Positions 1 to 12,833 of a stretch of 64,000 nt of DNA are shown here, piece after piece. The DNA lies in the NCBI GenBank assembly GCA_010405405.1, contig MU004243.1, positions 863,340 through 927,339 of the forward strand, written 5' to 3'. A model generated the notes under the pieces. The model had not been told where the DNA came from. It saw nothing but the letters and a program-made list of their open reading frames with translations, and made no database searches. The position numbers and the translations under genes are program-made. This stretch comes from Microthyrium microscopicum (taxonomy: Eukaryota). The first letter of the stretch is position 1, and each line of letters opens with the position of its first letter.

Positions 1-191
1 AGATGACACTGCAATTTTAGCGTCCACGCAGTCAACAAATCTTTTGCACCGGCCTCAAGTTGAAGTAGTGAGATGACACTGCAATTTTAGCGTCCACGCA
101 GTCAACAAATCTTTTGCACCGGCCTCAAGTTGAAGTAGTGAGATGACACTGCAATTTTAGCGTCCACGCAGTCAACAAATCTTTTGCACCG
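1..191. repeat. Tandem repeat, 70-bp unit, 2.7 identical copies (may continue left of the window)
   Basis: AGATGACACTGCAATTTTAGCGTCCACGCAGTCAACAAATCTTTTGCACCGGCCTCAAGTTGAAGTAGTG at 1-70 and 71-140; partial copy at 141-191. Confidence 0.95.
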
Positions 192-2373
192 CCCCAAGCA
201 CATACAAAGACTTTGCTACTGTTCGCCGCCTTCTTTGAAATAATTCGTTTCAGTTCCTCTTCTTACTGTCGACTGCTTGCTTCTGTCACTTTCGTTTCAT
301 TCAACAGGCCTATGACTTGTTGTGTTCACTACTAGCACACTTTGCATGTATAGTGTGCCTACGAAGTATATAATGTTCTAAGCGTACCAGAAAGGGAGCT
401 ACATAGGCTATGTAAGGTTTTATTTAGCAATAGCAGTGTCTGCATATTTGACGACGTTCTTTTTAATCTGGACTATGCAATAAAGACTGAGGTCGCTCTA
501 TCACAGCTGTAATGATTTTGGCTACTCGCCCACCGTATGGACGCTAGATTTGCAGTGCAAATAGCCTTGCGAACCCAGAGTGCAGTCCAGGACTCCAGGT
601 GTACACTAGGTACAGCCTCAGCCTGATGATTGTCGTAAAATCACGACAACACTGACTGCAATTTTAGCGCTCCACAGGCCAACACCAAATCATCCAACGA
701 CTTTCGCCTGGATTTTCTGCTTGAATTTCAAGACGCATGGAACTTTTCATGGAAACCTTCATTTAATGGATTCCGGAATTATGGTACCACGATCTGGTTC
801 TATCGGGTCTTCTTGATATTCTTCTGGTATTGGATGCTGCTCCCTTACGTCGATAAATAGCAACAAGGCTGCCGACTGGAATTGACATAGGTGACCCAAC
901 AACATCGGCTGATGGTATTGCACTTATCAGAGTCTCGATTCTTACCAACTGTCTCTAAGAAAATCCAGATTATGAACCGAGAGCTCAAATAATCACCCAA
1001 GTGTGCCTTCCCAACTCCGTGGTCTCTCTGGTGCCTATTTTGCTGTGCAAATTCTTAGGATCTTAATCCTGCCTTAATCTTATCTGATAGGATAGGCCTG
1101 CAGGGCCAGAGAGCGAGGTCTAACGAATTAAGGACATTGTCTGCCGGCTTGAAGTCTGGTCACTTGAAAACTATTATCAGTGCATGGCGCATTCGCCTGA
1201 TCTGGAAGTGGTAAGATGCGTTTGCAGCATTTCCAGTAACCTATCCTGAAGAATGCTCTTACTGGTTGAGAAGTAAATCCGCTGTTCAATAGCGGACTTT
1301 ACCTGTAGATACTAGATACTATGTCAGGCTATATGCATGCAGGTACATCCCGCAAGGTCCACTTTTCTACCAGTACCATGTACCTCGTGAAAGGACTTGT
1401 TGAGCATGTAGATGGACAAACAGTTCTTGATTCAATAATGAAAACATAATTTTGCTGGAGGACAGAAGGCGGACAGTTATGTTCCTACTTCTGATAGTCT
1501 CCAATAGTTGATTCGCGAGAACGTCGAATCCAATGTGTGCTCTAGAAGGATTGAATATTCTATAAATAGATGTGATCGCCCCTCATGCAAAAGCATATAC
1601 CCTTGACAGGACAGAGTACTCAATTGTAACAGTCAGGCCTCAGCCAAAAAAGAAGAATATGGAAGGATTTCAAGTTATTTGTAGAAAGCAGCCCCGCTGA
1701 AGGAGCTGAGGACTGACTGTGATTTATATGTAGGATCTAGACCCTAGAATTAGCTGGCCTATAAAATTACGTGTTGGGTGGACGTGCGCAGGTTAAGGAG
1801 GCTTGGGGCTTTAAGGCTTCGTTGCACAAACGCCCACATGCAGCTCGGGAAATGAGACTGTGCCCCCTTTCCAGTTTTCTTCTCTCTCCTTTCTAAATAT
1901 TTTACAATCTACCCTCTACTTTTGGGATTGCGACCATAGGCAAAATCGGACATGAGACTTAGGATTGAAAGGTTCTACATCCTGGTAAGCTTCACTTTTC
2001 TCATTGTCGAGTGGTTACTTCCTATTCTGGCCACATGCACGTTTTCTGGGAGCAGTGAGCACAAGGCTGGATCGCAACACGTTTTACTACCTTAAGGGCT
2101 ATTGCGCTTTCCAAGTTCCAACCGTGGGTCGGTGCCTACTACCGCACTTGGACCCGCTCCTCAACTCCAACTACATCCCATAACCACAGGAAAAAATTAT
2201 CTTGCTCCACAACTTCAACATTCAACTTCACTTGTCTTTGAGTGATCGATCGCGCCGCGCCAAGCTCTGTTTGCTACTCCAACCACGCTGCGCCGCACTA
2301 CGGAATTTCTCCTAGCGTCAACGCTGACCTGCATGCAGAATAACTGGAGACAGAACACCAAGCTCCCAATGCA

Positions 2374-3876
2374 ATGCCCCCCATCTTAGTGGGCGCTCTA
2401 TGTCAATTCCGAAGACTCGAGTTTTCCAAAAGATTGAGAATATGTCTCGCCTTTAGTGCGATAGTGTCTCTTTTTTCTCTCTACTTTGTCCACGCCAATA
2501 TCCCACCTCAGCACTTTGATGGGTCTTCTCGCCTTGGAACCAACCAGGAAAATGTCCCACATGTCGCCGACCCTGCATTATCGAATTTCTGGGTGAAGCT
2601 GGAGTCGCATCTTGAGCAAGCAAAGCCTGAATGCTCGAAAATCAAAGCAAATAGATTTTGCAGCTTAGACGGCCAGTTCAACCCACTACCAATCGATATT
2701 AGCTTTGGCGCATGCAATCCAATTGACCTGATTTTCCAACCAGGCCAACATGACCACCCCAGGCCGGACCATATCAAAATGGACGAGAAGAATTTTGCAT
2801 GCATGCAAAAGTCTCACGACACCATGGTTGCCAGCGCGCGATCGCTCGCACCGACTCTGCCCTATCAAAATGGCACTAGCGGCATCGTCATGATGGGCGG
2901 AGGACAATTCAACTTCCTCGTTCTTCTCTCTCTGCGCATGCTGCGCCGCTCAGGCTCAAAACTGCCTGTGCAAGTCTTCCTGGCAAATGCTGGCGAATAC
3001 GACGATGTCATGTGCAATGAGCACTTCCCAGCACTCAACGCCAGCTGCCAGATCCTCACGACCACCTTGTCCGCAACGCCCAACGCGGCAAAAATCTCAC
3101 AGTACCAATACAAAGCATTCGCCATCCTGTTTAGCAGCTTCGAGAACGTATTCTTTCTTGATGCTGACGCTTTCGTCGCTTTCAATCCGGACCCAATTTT
3201 CACCAGCACGCCTTTTACCACCAAAGGCTTAGTGACATGGCCGGACCTGTGGGCCGAAACCTCCTCACCACTTTTCTTCAAGATGGCCAATATTCCGGTC
3301 ACACCCGTCAGTCGCTATTCTAGTGACTCGGGCGTGCTGCTTTACTCGAAGCGTAAGCACGCAGCCAGTCTGATATTGGCAACATACTACAACTACTATG
3401 GGCCAAATTTCTACTATCCGCTACTATCTCAAGGTGCACACGGCCAAGGCGACAAGGAAACCTACCTCCACGCGGCCCTGGCACTAGGTCTGGATGCATG
3501 GCACGTCAAAACGCCACTCTGGCAAATCGGCACTTGGAACAAGCGCAAGTTCTCCCGCATCGGCATGGGTCAACACTGGCCGCACGATGACTATGCCATT
3601 AGTGCAGGTGCAAACAAAAGAGTGCGGCCCTTTGTGCTCCACATCAACAACCCCTTTAAAATGGTTCCATCAAAGATGTTCGGCTTCTGGACTCCAACGA
3701 GAAAGAGTGGCAAGCGAGTTCGGATTATGGGCACCAAGGCCAGCATGAAAGAGTGGTTCGGATATGATGTGGAGGCAGTGGCATGGGGCGAGATGAAAAA
3801 GCTGGCTTGCGAATTAGGCATGGAATGTTCAAAGGTTACGGAGTATTATGATAGCGTTTTTCAGCATGCTGCATAG
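2374..3876 (+). CDS. Alpha-1,2-mannosyltransferase, GT71 (MNN2/MNN5-like), type II membrane protein
   Basis: Intronless 500-aa ORF with an N-terminal TM. Motifs: LRMLRRSGSKLPVQVF, YQYKAFAILFSSFENVFFLDAD (DxD), WPDLW, YYNYYGP..YYPLLSQGAHGQGDKETY. Confidence 0.9.
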   Translation: MPPILVGALCQFRRLEFSKRLRICLAFSAIVSLFSLYFVHANIPPQHFDGSSRLGTNQENVPHVADPALSNFWVKLESHLEQAKPECSKIKANRFCSLDGQFNPLPIDISFGACNPIDLIFQPGQHDHPRPDHIKMDEKNFACMQKSHDTMVASARSLAPTLPYQNGTSGIVMMGGGQFNFLVLLSLRMLRRSGSKLPVQVFLANAGEYDDVMCNEHFPALNASCQILTTTLSATPNAAKISQYQYKAFAILFSSFENVFFLDADAFVAFNPDPIFTSTPFTTKGLVTWPDLWAETSSPLFFKMANIPVTPVSRYSSDSGVLLYSKRKHAASLILATYYNYYGPNFYYPLLSQGAHGQGDKETYLHAALALGLDAWHVKTPLWQIGTWNKRKFSRIGMGQHWPHDDYAISAGANKRVRPFVLHINNPFKMVPSKMFGFWTPTRKSGKRVRIMGTKASMKEWFGYDVEAVAWGEMKKLACELGMECSKVTEYYDSVFQHAA

Positions 3877-4240
3877 ATAGCAGTCATGGCGTATGGGCTT
3901 CAGAGGATGCATGATATCCCTTTGCGATTAGATCTGGGTATGCTGGCACTGCCGATATCTCTAGTGTTGATATTTATCTACATATTGTTTTTATCAGTGG
4001 GGTTTTCTATGCTTGATCTGGATTTGGCTGTTTGCAACTTAGAAGAGTTCGAAGGTCCTGTCTCCCGACCACTAATTGTAGGACAGTATATTATCAACTA
4101 ATACATTGGTAGGCTACTTAGCTCGCCTAACCGCTCGAATTGTATGCACTATCTGACGAACACGATACCGCAATCTCTAACGCTCTGAAATCATCTCATC
4201 CAGTTCAGTAAACCTTGCTCCTCATCGACTCAAGCTGCAG

Positions 4241-5173
4241 CTAGATCACTCTGGTCGAAGAGCTGACAGGGTGCTTTTCCTGGATAGCTGGTTCCGAATC
4301 CGTCTGAGAGGCCGCTGGACGTATCGATTCTTCGTCTCCGTCATGCATACGCTGCTTCTCCTTTTTAAACATCTTGAACAAAACTCTCGCCGATTGAAGC
4401 TGCGAGAACATAAAAAGGGTGTGCAAGAGCGGTGTCAGGACCTTGAACTGAATCTCCCATACACTCCACGACAGTCCAAAAAGCACCATAACCATAATGG
4501 TCTCTGCTATGGTTCCTAGCACTGAGATGACCGTAAGTGTTGCAAACATTCGCGCCAGAAGCTGATGGTTATCCCCTTTGATACGATATAGAACAAATGC
4601 CACGTTGGTTGACCACTCGGCAAGAACATCCCAAAACCCCCAAACCAGGCACATAACAAACTCAACAGTGGCGTTCGGCTGATGCTCGTAATCCACACTA
4701 AGCGCAATCGCGCTCTGCCCAATCATCACCCCGCCGACATGGTGCATGATTGTAATCAACGATGGCTTCCGTCGCAGCACTAGCTCGAACAAGTACATGG
4801 AGCTGAAGAGGTGGCACAGCACGAGCAAGATGTCGCCCATAGTCGGCTTTGGATGCAATCGTGACATGGGCGATGATAGCGCTGACTGCCCAAAGACAAT
4901 GTCGACGACCGGCTTCGCGGCTATGAAGAGGATCACAACCTTGACGCCACCGGCGATGTGGTAGTTCACGAAGCTGCGTCGCGCCTCGTCATCCATACGA
5001 GCGAGGGCGCAAGGGTAGATGATCGGGAAGATGTAATGATCCAGGATGATTTTCAAGCCGAACAAGATGACGAGGCATATTGCCAGGATAAGGCCAGAGT
5101 AGGGGGTGAGCGATGAGATGGGTCCATTAGGGATTGTAGCGAAATGCGGGACGTGAGAGTTCGGCTCGCGCAT
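4241..5173 (-). CDS. Multi-pass membrane protein, possibly TLC-domain-like
   Basis: Intronless ORF, first ATG at 5173 (MREPNSH...). About 6-7 hydrophobic helices and a MYLFEL...IMHH motif. Family assignment is tentative. Confidence 0.7.
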   Translation of the reverse strand: MREPNSHVPHFATIPNGPISSLTPYSGLILAICLVILFGLKIILDHYIFPIIYPCALARMDDEARRSFVNYHIAGGVKVVILFIAAKPVVDIVFGQSALSSPMSRLHPKPTMGDILLVLCHLFSSMYLFELVLRRKPSLITIMHHVGGVMIGQSAIALSVDYEHQPNATVEFVMCLVWGFWDVLAEWSTNVAFVLYRIKGDNHQLLARMFATLTVISVLGTIAETIMVMVLFGLSWSVWEIQFKVLTPLLHTLFMFSQLQSARVLFKMFKKEKQRMHDGDEESIRPAASQTDSEPAIQEKHPVSSSTRVI

Positions 5174-5966
5174 GGTCAATGAAGTGGCTTGGCCGTTATT
5201 TGATAGTAAGGCTGACTATAGAGAGCAGGTGTGATGCAAGGCCTGTTACACAGAACTCTTTCCTAACCAATATAGAATGACAAGAACAGACGGAATGGCA
5301 AGAACAGATGAATGGCTAAAACAACTGGGAGAGTCGAGAAATACCTATAAATTTGGTATTCCAACGTTGGTCTCGCCGCTGAACAGATCTTTGGTCGGTT
5401 CGAATTGCTTACCGGCATTTCAGACGATTGAGGAGGTATTTGCATCCACATTTCGCAAACCCAAGAGTCATTCACCAATTGAATTCGCCTCGTTGCATTA
5501 TCCAACTGTCCATCTTGACTCTGCTCGCGGCGAGGTTACACATAACCCGATCCTTCAAAGTCGGCTCCAGTCCTTCTGAGTGGTCCCAGATCCTCATGAA
5601 CGTTCTTTGCCTGACGTGCGAACGCCTTGGTGTTTCGATACCCAGTAAGAAGACCACCGCCATCTATAAGGGCCAATCTCCGCTCAACTTGTTATCTTTG
5701 GAACTTCATTTGTTTTTAGCATCATAAGGACCCGATTTGGCAATGTAAGCAAGCAGAAGTTGTGTATACGCCGCTTCAAATCTCATCCAATCCTTCCAAG
5801 TCCTAGATGCCTCCGAGTCGTTGTGATATCTTTGAATCGTTCGAGCGTAGATTTCGAAAGATCGAAGACCTCAAAATTCATACGTCAAGTAACAGATTTG
5901 CAGACAAACCCAACTTTTGCAACTTTTCCAGATTTTTCAACCTGCTAGTCCTGCTCCAGCTTCACA

Positions 5967-7794
5967 ATGACCGAGCAAACCACTTCATCCGTATTGCTAC
6001 TTGCTATTGGCATTTTTTTCATAGCACTCTTCAAGATAATTATCTACCCAGCATTGTTTTCACCTCTTAGCAGTATTCCTGTAGCTCACCCTTTGGCCCG
6101 GTATACCTCCCTCTGGATCTTGTGGACGCGTTATAGCGATCGAGAAAGTCAACGTATTCACGCCTCCCATCAGCGTTTAGGACCTGTAGTGCTGCTAGGG
6201 CCGAACGAGGTCAGTGTTAATTGCGTTGATGGTGGCATCAGAACCATATATGGGGCTGGGTTTGAAAAGCATGAGTATTACAAGGCTTTCACATACTTTG
6301 ATGGGTAAGAAATAGCAATTTTCGCAGTTCCCCAAGCAGCTAATAATGAACCTCTTCTGTACTTACCGTATCTATTAACCCATGGCCTGAAGGTACTCAC
6401 AACTGCCATACATTATCGCTTTAATGCTACAACACATGATCGTCCTTTGCTAACGTGTCCAAACTTCAGCATCGACAACATGTTTTCAACTCTCGACAAG
6501 AAAACGCACGCCGCTCGCCGGCGCCTCGTCTCCAAGGTCTATTCAAAATCTCACGTCGAAAACTCCGCTTCTCTAGCCAGCAGTACGGAAACTATTCTCC
6601 TCGATCGTTTTATGGTCATTCTTACAAAATTTGCAGCAAATCGAGAATCAGTTGATATCTTCGCCCTGCTGGGCGCTGTCACCACGGATCTTCTTACCTC
6701 GTATCAGTTCGGCCTCCGCAGTGGTGATGATCTGCTAACCAATGCAGAGAGATGGAATGAATTTCTTGACCTCTATCTCAGACGCGACAGTTGTATGTTT
6801 TGGAAGCAAGAGCTACCAGAGCTAACAAGAATATTTGGCGAACTAGGGTTTCATGTAATTTCACCTAGAAAGATTGAAGGCCATGAGGAGATTGAATGGT
6901 GGTTGCTTCAGAGGCTCAGAGGAGTAGAAAATGGAATGTCCCAGCTTCCATCACAAGTGAGCAGTATACCCGAGGTGTATTCCCAGATGAGTTCAGCGCT
7001 TCATCGAATCAAGGCATCTCACAGTATTGCAACAGATAGCAAAGAGCTCGAACGAGAAATTGCTTCTGAAATGATCGACCACCTCATTGCTGGCTTTGAG
7101 CTGACTTCTATCGCGCTTCTATACTACATTTACGAGCTTTCCCGTCACCCGCATATCCAGCGACTTCTACGACATGAGCTCTGTGGTCTCCGACTTATCA
7201 ATGGCATACCATGTCCCAAGGCGCTTGATGCAGCTCCACTACTCACTGCCACCGTGCAGGAAACACTACGCCTGCACCCTTCCTTACCTGGTCCTCAGCC
7301 GCGCCGCTCTCCACCAAAGGGATGTACTCTTGGTCCGCCAGGCAGTCCATACGAATGGCACATACCTGGTGGTGTACGTGTCTCGGCGCAGCCACATAGC
7401 TTGCATAGAAATGCAGAAATTTTTGAAAGCCCAGACGAGTGGCTACCGGATCGTTGGTTGCGCGAAGCAGCGGACGAGGAGTTACGAGCCATGAATCGAT
7501 GGTTCTGGGCATTCTCTAGTGGGAGTAGAATGTGTGTGGGGAAACATCTGGCATTATACAGTGGGTGCTCATCTGTTTAATCCATACTACTCGAGAATTT
7601 CGTCATGCTAATGCTTAAAAGTCATGAAGTCCGTCATATGGTCCATATATGCTCACTTCACAACCGAAATCACCGATCATAGCGGCATGCTGGATACGAG
7701 TCTTTATATTCCACCGCCGAGACAGAACATGCTACTTGTGAAACTTGTTGCGGTGCCACATGAGGCAGAAAGCGTTGAGCAGGCTTCAGCTTAA
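5967..7794 (+). CDS. Cytochrome P450 (exons 5967-6304, 6470-7560, 7622-7794)
   Basis: N-terminal TM anchor, I-helix AGFELTS, K-helix ETLR, PDRW, heme motif FSSGSRMCVG. Both introns have GT..CTAAY..AG and splice in frame. Confidence 0.93.
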
Positions 7795-7920
7795 CACGAA
7801 AGTTCTCCTATAGGTGTTGGGGCATTGATGGTTCGAGGCGTGAAAACGAGCTTTGATTATTTACGAGTGCAGCCAAAGGAGACTTTGACGCCAGAATATT
7901 AACTGGAAGATCTTGTTAGG

Positions 7921-8560
7921 TTAGAGTGCCAGGTACTGTTCAGGGCGCAATTTCCAACAGCAGAGGACCTTGAAGGATTGCAACAGAGTCTGGAATGGAA
8001 AGCGCTGGCAGATATCAAAGATCCAAGAATTACTGTCCTAGTAATCCATGCTAGGGACTCCAAAGAACTGGTTGATGGTATGGAAAGCAAAGATAATGAC
8101 TCGAATTCCACTAAGGTTATCGGATTTGCGAAATGGGTCGCGCCAGTGCAGCCAGATGAAGACTACAGTGAGCCAGATTGGATATGGCCGAATGGAACGT
8201 ACTTCGCGGTCTTGAACAATTGGGGCGACCTTATGGAAGGCGCTCAAGTGCTGGTATTGTCGGATACCCCCTGCTATCGTGAGTTGTCTCGAGACGCTAT
8301 CATTTTATGTCTCTAGTTGAGCTAATCAATGCGAAGGATTGAACTTTATTGCAACAGATCCCAGTTACGGAGAGCATAGGGCCGGTACCTTAATGGTTCA
8401 ATAGGGCATGGAGCAATGTCTGAACGAGAATGTGCCAGCCTCCCTGAAAAGCACACTCAATGCTGTATCATTATACGAAAGAATTGGGGTTGTTCGGGGC
8501 AAATCATTTGGAAAGCTTGGAGTCTACGAGGAAGTTAGTTTTGTATACCGCCCAAAATAG
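7921..8560 (+). pseudogene. GNAT N-acetyltransferase pseudogene
   Basis: Reads FRAQFPT..KALADIKDPRITVLVI..VIGFAKW, then an intron from 8279, then LNFIATDPSY..AGTLMVQ*G..LYERIG. In-frame TAG at 8402-8404 where Trp is expected. In-frame TAA at 7900-7902 and no usable start codon. Confidence 0.7.
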
Positions 8561-8826
8561 AGTTCTTAGAATAGAGAATATTGTCAAAGATTATGCGTCT
8601 ACATAAGATATGCTGAATTCAAGAGTAGAGTAGCAATCACATAGATACCTCCCTACAAAAGTATGTACCTCCTTAGTCGAGGCTTTTGCACTGGCAAATC
8701 AAAGTACGACCACTGAAGAGGATGACTTTTCAGCGATCTCATTATTATATAATTGAATAAGGCAGATTCATGGCAATGTCAGTATGCTTGCGTAAAGCTG
8801 CCGTAATTGGCCCAAGTGAAAGATCT

Positions 8827-9970
8827 TCACCAAGGATATTCCTGTGGCAGCTGTTAGTCGCGATATCGAAATAAAATGTGGAAGATGAATCACGCACATT
8901 GTCCTCCCAGGTCCAGAACGTGCCGCTTTGCTGGGGAGTTTTGGTCGGGATCAACTTGAGCATAGCTGAGACAGACTCTTCTGGCGAAATTGAGCCTTCG
9001 ACTTCCCACGGCAGGTCGACGTTTGCCATATCCCTACGCCGCCATTAATAAAGGGTAAGTAACGACTATTATCCAGGATTGCATACGTATCTACTTCTCC
9101 GGGATGTACTGCGAGAAGAATAGTATCATCTTTCGCTCTTTTCAATTCTGCTGCCATGTGCTTGATGTTTTTAGTCTGATGTTCAGATTGCCTGCAGTTT
9201 GGTGGCTTACTCTCATCATTTGGTTGAGAGCTGCCTTTGAGGCTGCGTAGGCCCCGAAACTGCACATATCAGCAGAAATATCAATCTTATTTTGTAGTCA
9301 GGTTTTGTGCATACCCGTCTTCCTTCTCGAGGAAGTTCGCGGCTGATCCCGAATCACTTGACATGAAAAGAATTGTTTTCATTGGAATCTTGGCTTTCAA
9401 CAGCTTTTGGGCCGTGAGAATTGGCCCGATTGTGTTGGTATGGAGATGGAACGCAAATTCATCAAAAGATCTGCCGTTATGTGAGTAATGCCCTGTTCCA
9501 CATGCTTCACCAAAAACTAGGCAGTGCTCACAACTCTGTTGCTCTCTGAATTCGTTAGTCAACTACGACATACCATAGCTGAATTCTTACATTGGGATAT
9601 CTCAAAACCCCGGCATTCAGAACTGCACAGTCAATATCAAGGTTAGGGATTCTTTGGATCGTCTCGACAAATTCCTGATCATAGATGAGCATTGAGGAAC
9701 ACGAGGCATGTTGTGAATTATAGCGCCACTGACTTCGATGCTCTCCGCGGACGATATGTCGCAAATTGCGGTCTTCAATCGCTCTGCGCCTTCACCTAAG
9801 TCTCCCCAAAGCTTCGACGCTCTATCTGCATCGTGCAGCCGGACTGTTGCGATGACTCGTTCCTCACGAGCAAGTAGCTGGCGTACGAACTCGTGACCAA
9901 TACCTCGCGAGGCGCCAACAACAAGCCATGTCTTCTCGTTTGGAGACTTGATGTCTGGTGCCGGATCCAT
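8827..9970 (-). CDS. Short-chain dehydrogenase/reductase, CsgA/C-factor-like; 8 exons including a 14-nt micro-exon (9532-9545)
   Basis: Spliced product contains VVGASRGIG (GxxxGxG), LNAGVL, MSSDSGS, catalytic YAASK, HPGEVDTDM and C-terminal GTFWTW..EYPW*. Confidence 0.88.
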
Positions 9971-10589
9971 ACTAAAGTCAAATAGACAAAGCGTGGGTTA
10001 TTTCCATGTAGTTGTGCTCGCACTGCACCAGATGGAGCGTGAGGCACTGCGGCTAAGCTAGAACCAGCTAGCCCCTCATTAAATTTAGCGTGTAAGCTGC
10101 CGTTAGTGCCTAACAGGAGCTTCAACTACAAGTGGTATAATAGCAGATATTCCAAGAGCAGTCAAGGCAGTCTCTTAATTCTTCAGCACTGCTTGTCAGT
10201 TTGATGTCTGCAATATTCCTCGCTCGGGCCTCGCAGGTAGTCTTTCGTTCGCGATGGAACATACTATGTACCTAAACTATTAAAAGTCATTAGCTTACTT
10301 CTTTTTAGTTTATTAACACTGAACTGTATAGAGATGTCCGCACGAGACTAACATAATCTTTATGGTTTAGATCTCCCTTGTACGGCTATGGTACTGGTAC
10401 AAAGCCGTGCTGGAGTTATACAGTACATTAAGGACGATTTGTTTATAGAGGGAGATCAGCGGGTACTCCCTATGTCTACAGCATATCCGTTTCAGAAGCC
10501 CGCATAGTGCTGCAAAATATAAGAAGATTCACGCTAGCACACGACAGATATGTACAGTCTCAAGCATCGCTGGACATTGAGGTCATCAC

Positions 10590-11923
10590 TCAATTGGCCT
10601 CAGCAAACATTGGAACCCACAATGCCAATGGTCCTCCTAAGCCGGTCGGATATGGGCCTTGTCTCCTAGATACTCGTCAGAAGGTTGACACGGTACTTCC
10701 AGTAGACAAACTTACGGTTTATGTTTCTCCAAATCAAAGGTTGCCGCGACTGATAGCTTGTCACCCTTCTTGACAGCCAATTCTTCCGGGCAGGCAGACA
10801 TTCCTGTGACAGAGCTGTTCGTAGGTCCTCCATAGATGGCATTTGACCTGCAAATGAGCTTATCATTGATCTTCATCACGATATCGACTCCGCCAGCTAT
10901 TTCACAAGTCAGTAACGGAACGCTGCGTAACCATATATGGCCAACTTACGGCTAAGAGTTCCTCCTAAAGCACAAGTCAGAAACGTCGAATTCAAAACCC
11001 ATCTGAGAAAACTTACGAGAATGAACAAACCACCCATCCCTCAATATCGTCAACGCATCGCCAGTCTTAGTAAACATCTTCCCATCCTTTGGCGCCGCTT
11101 CAGTCGCACCTCTAAGTCCACGTCCACACATATCCATCGTCAACAACTGACTGCTCCCAGTATGCATTCCCTCAATCTTGCCAGGCACATACTCAATCTC
11201 AGACACTGTGTACATGTCCAATGCTTCCTTGTTGTAATTGATAAAATCACCCATGAAGCTCAAGCTGTCATTCGCGCCAATGTAAAATCCTCCATTGAAC
11301 TTGCCATCAGTGCTCGTGTATCTCATCTGGATATCGCCCGTCGCGCTCGCCATGAAGTTGGACTTGGGGTATATACTCTTTAGTGGTTTCGCATCCGGTC
11401 CACAGCCAAGGAATGGGTTGGGTGTGTGGGCGGCATCGAAGAAGAGATGGTGGTGGTTGAAGACGTTGCCGGATTCCATGGATAGTTTGGCGCCGGCGCT
11501 GTTGGTGATGTAGGTGTTTGTGTCGATGATTGTGACGTTGTGGGGGAAGTCTGCACCGAGAGCGTGGGCGTAGCTGGTTCCATCTTTGTCGAGGGATTTG
11601 GCGTTTCCGAGGGTCGCGTTACTCTGGAGTTGATGTTAGTTTGCATTTGTCTTTGTTGGGAAAGGGAGTTGAGGTCATACTCCTAGCCCTTTAAGCTTAT
11701 AGGGACCATATGTTATGCGAATCTTTTGGGCGGTTTTGCGAAGAACTGGCTGGAGCTGCTCGACTTTAGAAGCCTTTTGCGATGCAGCTGGTGACTGGCG
11801 TCGGACTGCGGAGAGCGTCAGTATTATATCTGAGTTGTACGTATAGGTATTGAGCATACCAATTCTGTCTGGTGCGGCAGTCACAGCCACAAGCAATAGC
11901 GGTAACACGTTTGTGAACAACAT
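10590..11923 (-). CDS. Secreted protein of unknown function; 6 exons including a 15-nt micro-exon (10950-10964)
   Basis: Signal peptide MLFTNVLPLLLVAVTA. Five canonical introns join IRITYGPYKL, VFNHHHLF, GDFINY..EIEYVPG, HSRGTLSPGGVD, CRSNAIYGG and VKKGDKL into one open frame ending at TGA 10590-10592. Confidence 0.75.
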
Positions 11924-12833
11924 CTTTCCGGTTTTACTTCTTGGTGCTGCTTCGAAAAGTATCACATCCAAGTCAGCAATTCGAGGTTACCGATCTTCTC
12001 TTATACATAGGAATTTGTAGAAGTATCTATCCATTCCTTAGATTAGCTCACTTCCAGCAATATATCAGCAATATATCAGTCAAGATCAACCCGGGTTTCA
12101 CACGAAATCGATTGACGGCGATTTAGAAGCGAATTAGACGCCTTAGCGAGATCATTTCAGAGATCATATATTCCAAGATGGTGACCAATTAGAACAATTA
12201 CATTTAGCAAGCAAGGCAGTTTATTGTTTATTGCTACTTAGTGAATAGTACGCGTTATAGGAATATATTGCGTTGCAACACACCGAGGTTAGACGATTAA
12301 TATACTCATATATGGTAATCAACCGCTTTCCACTCATGAGACCTACATACTAAAATCTACGTTAACCTACTGTAGTGCTAAGCAGTCCCATACCACAGCA
12401 AAGTCATCATTACTATATCAAGGAATGATATCTATGGTGGCTACAATGACAGAGCACCAACTGAACTCAGGGGCTAGTGTTTATCCAAGTTGACTTTAAG
12501 CAACCATGGTGGTAATAATCGCCATATTAAAATCAAGAACTCTGATCTACTGATAAAGAACTCCCCATAGCGTACAACCTACTTAGCACTGCTCGAATCA
12601 TGAAAAAAGTTCGTAGTACAACGGCACTGTATCACACAGGCGTCAAGTTCAGCCTTACATCTAAGTTCATACAGCCTACCAGATAATTGACCTGGAAGTT
12701 GATAGACACAAGACTATAGTCGAATCTCATATCCATTAAACAACTAACTAACTAAATACTCAAACCACTTGGTATCCCCCCCCCCAACAAGCAGAACCCC
12801 TTTAAAAAACGAAACCCGACCCAAAAACATCAC

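Noticed and set aside
1..191. CRISPR-like array
   Set aside because: Units are contiguous and identical with no unique spacers, and the context is eukaryotic.
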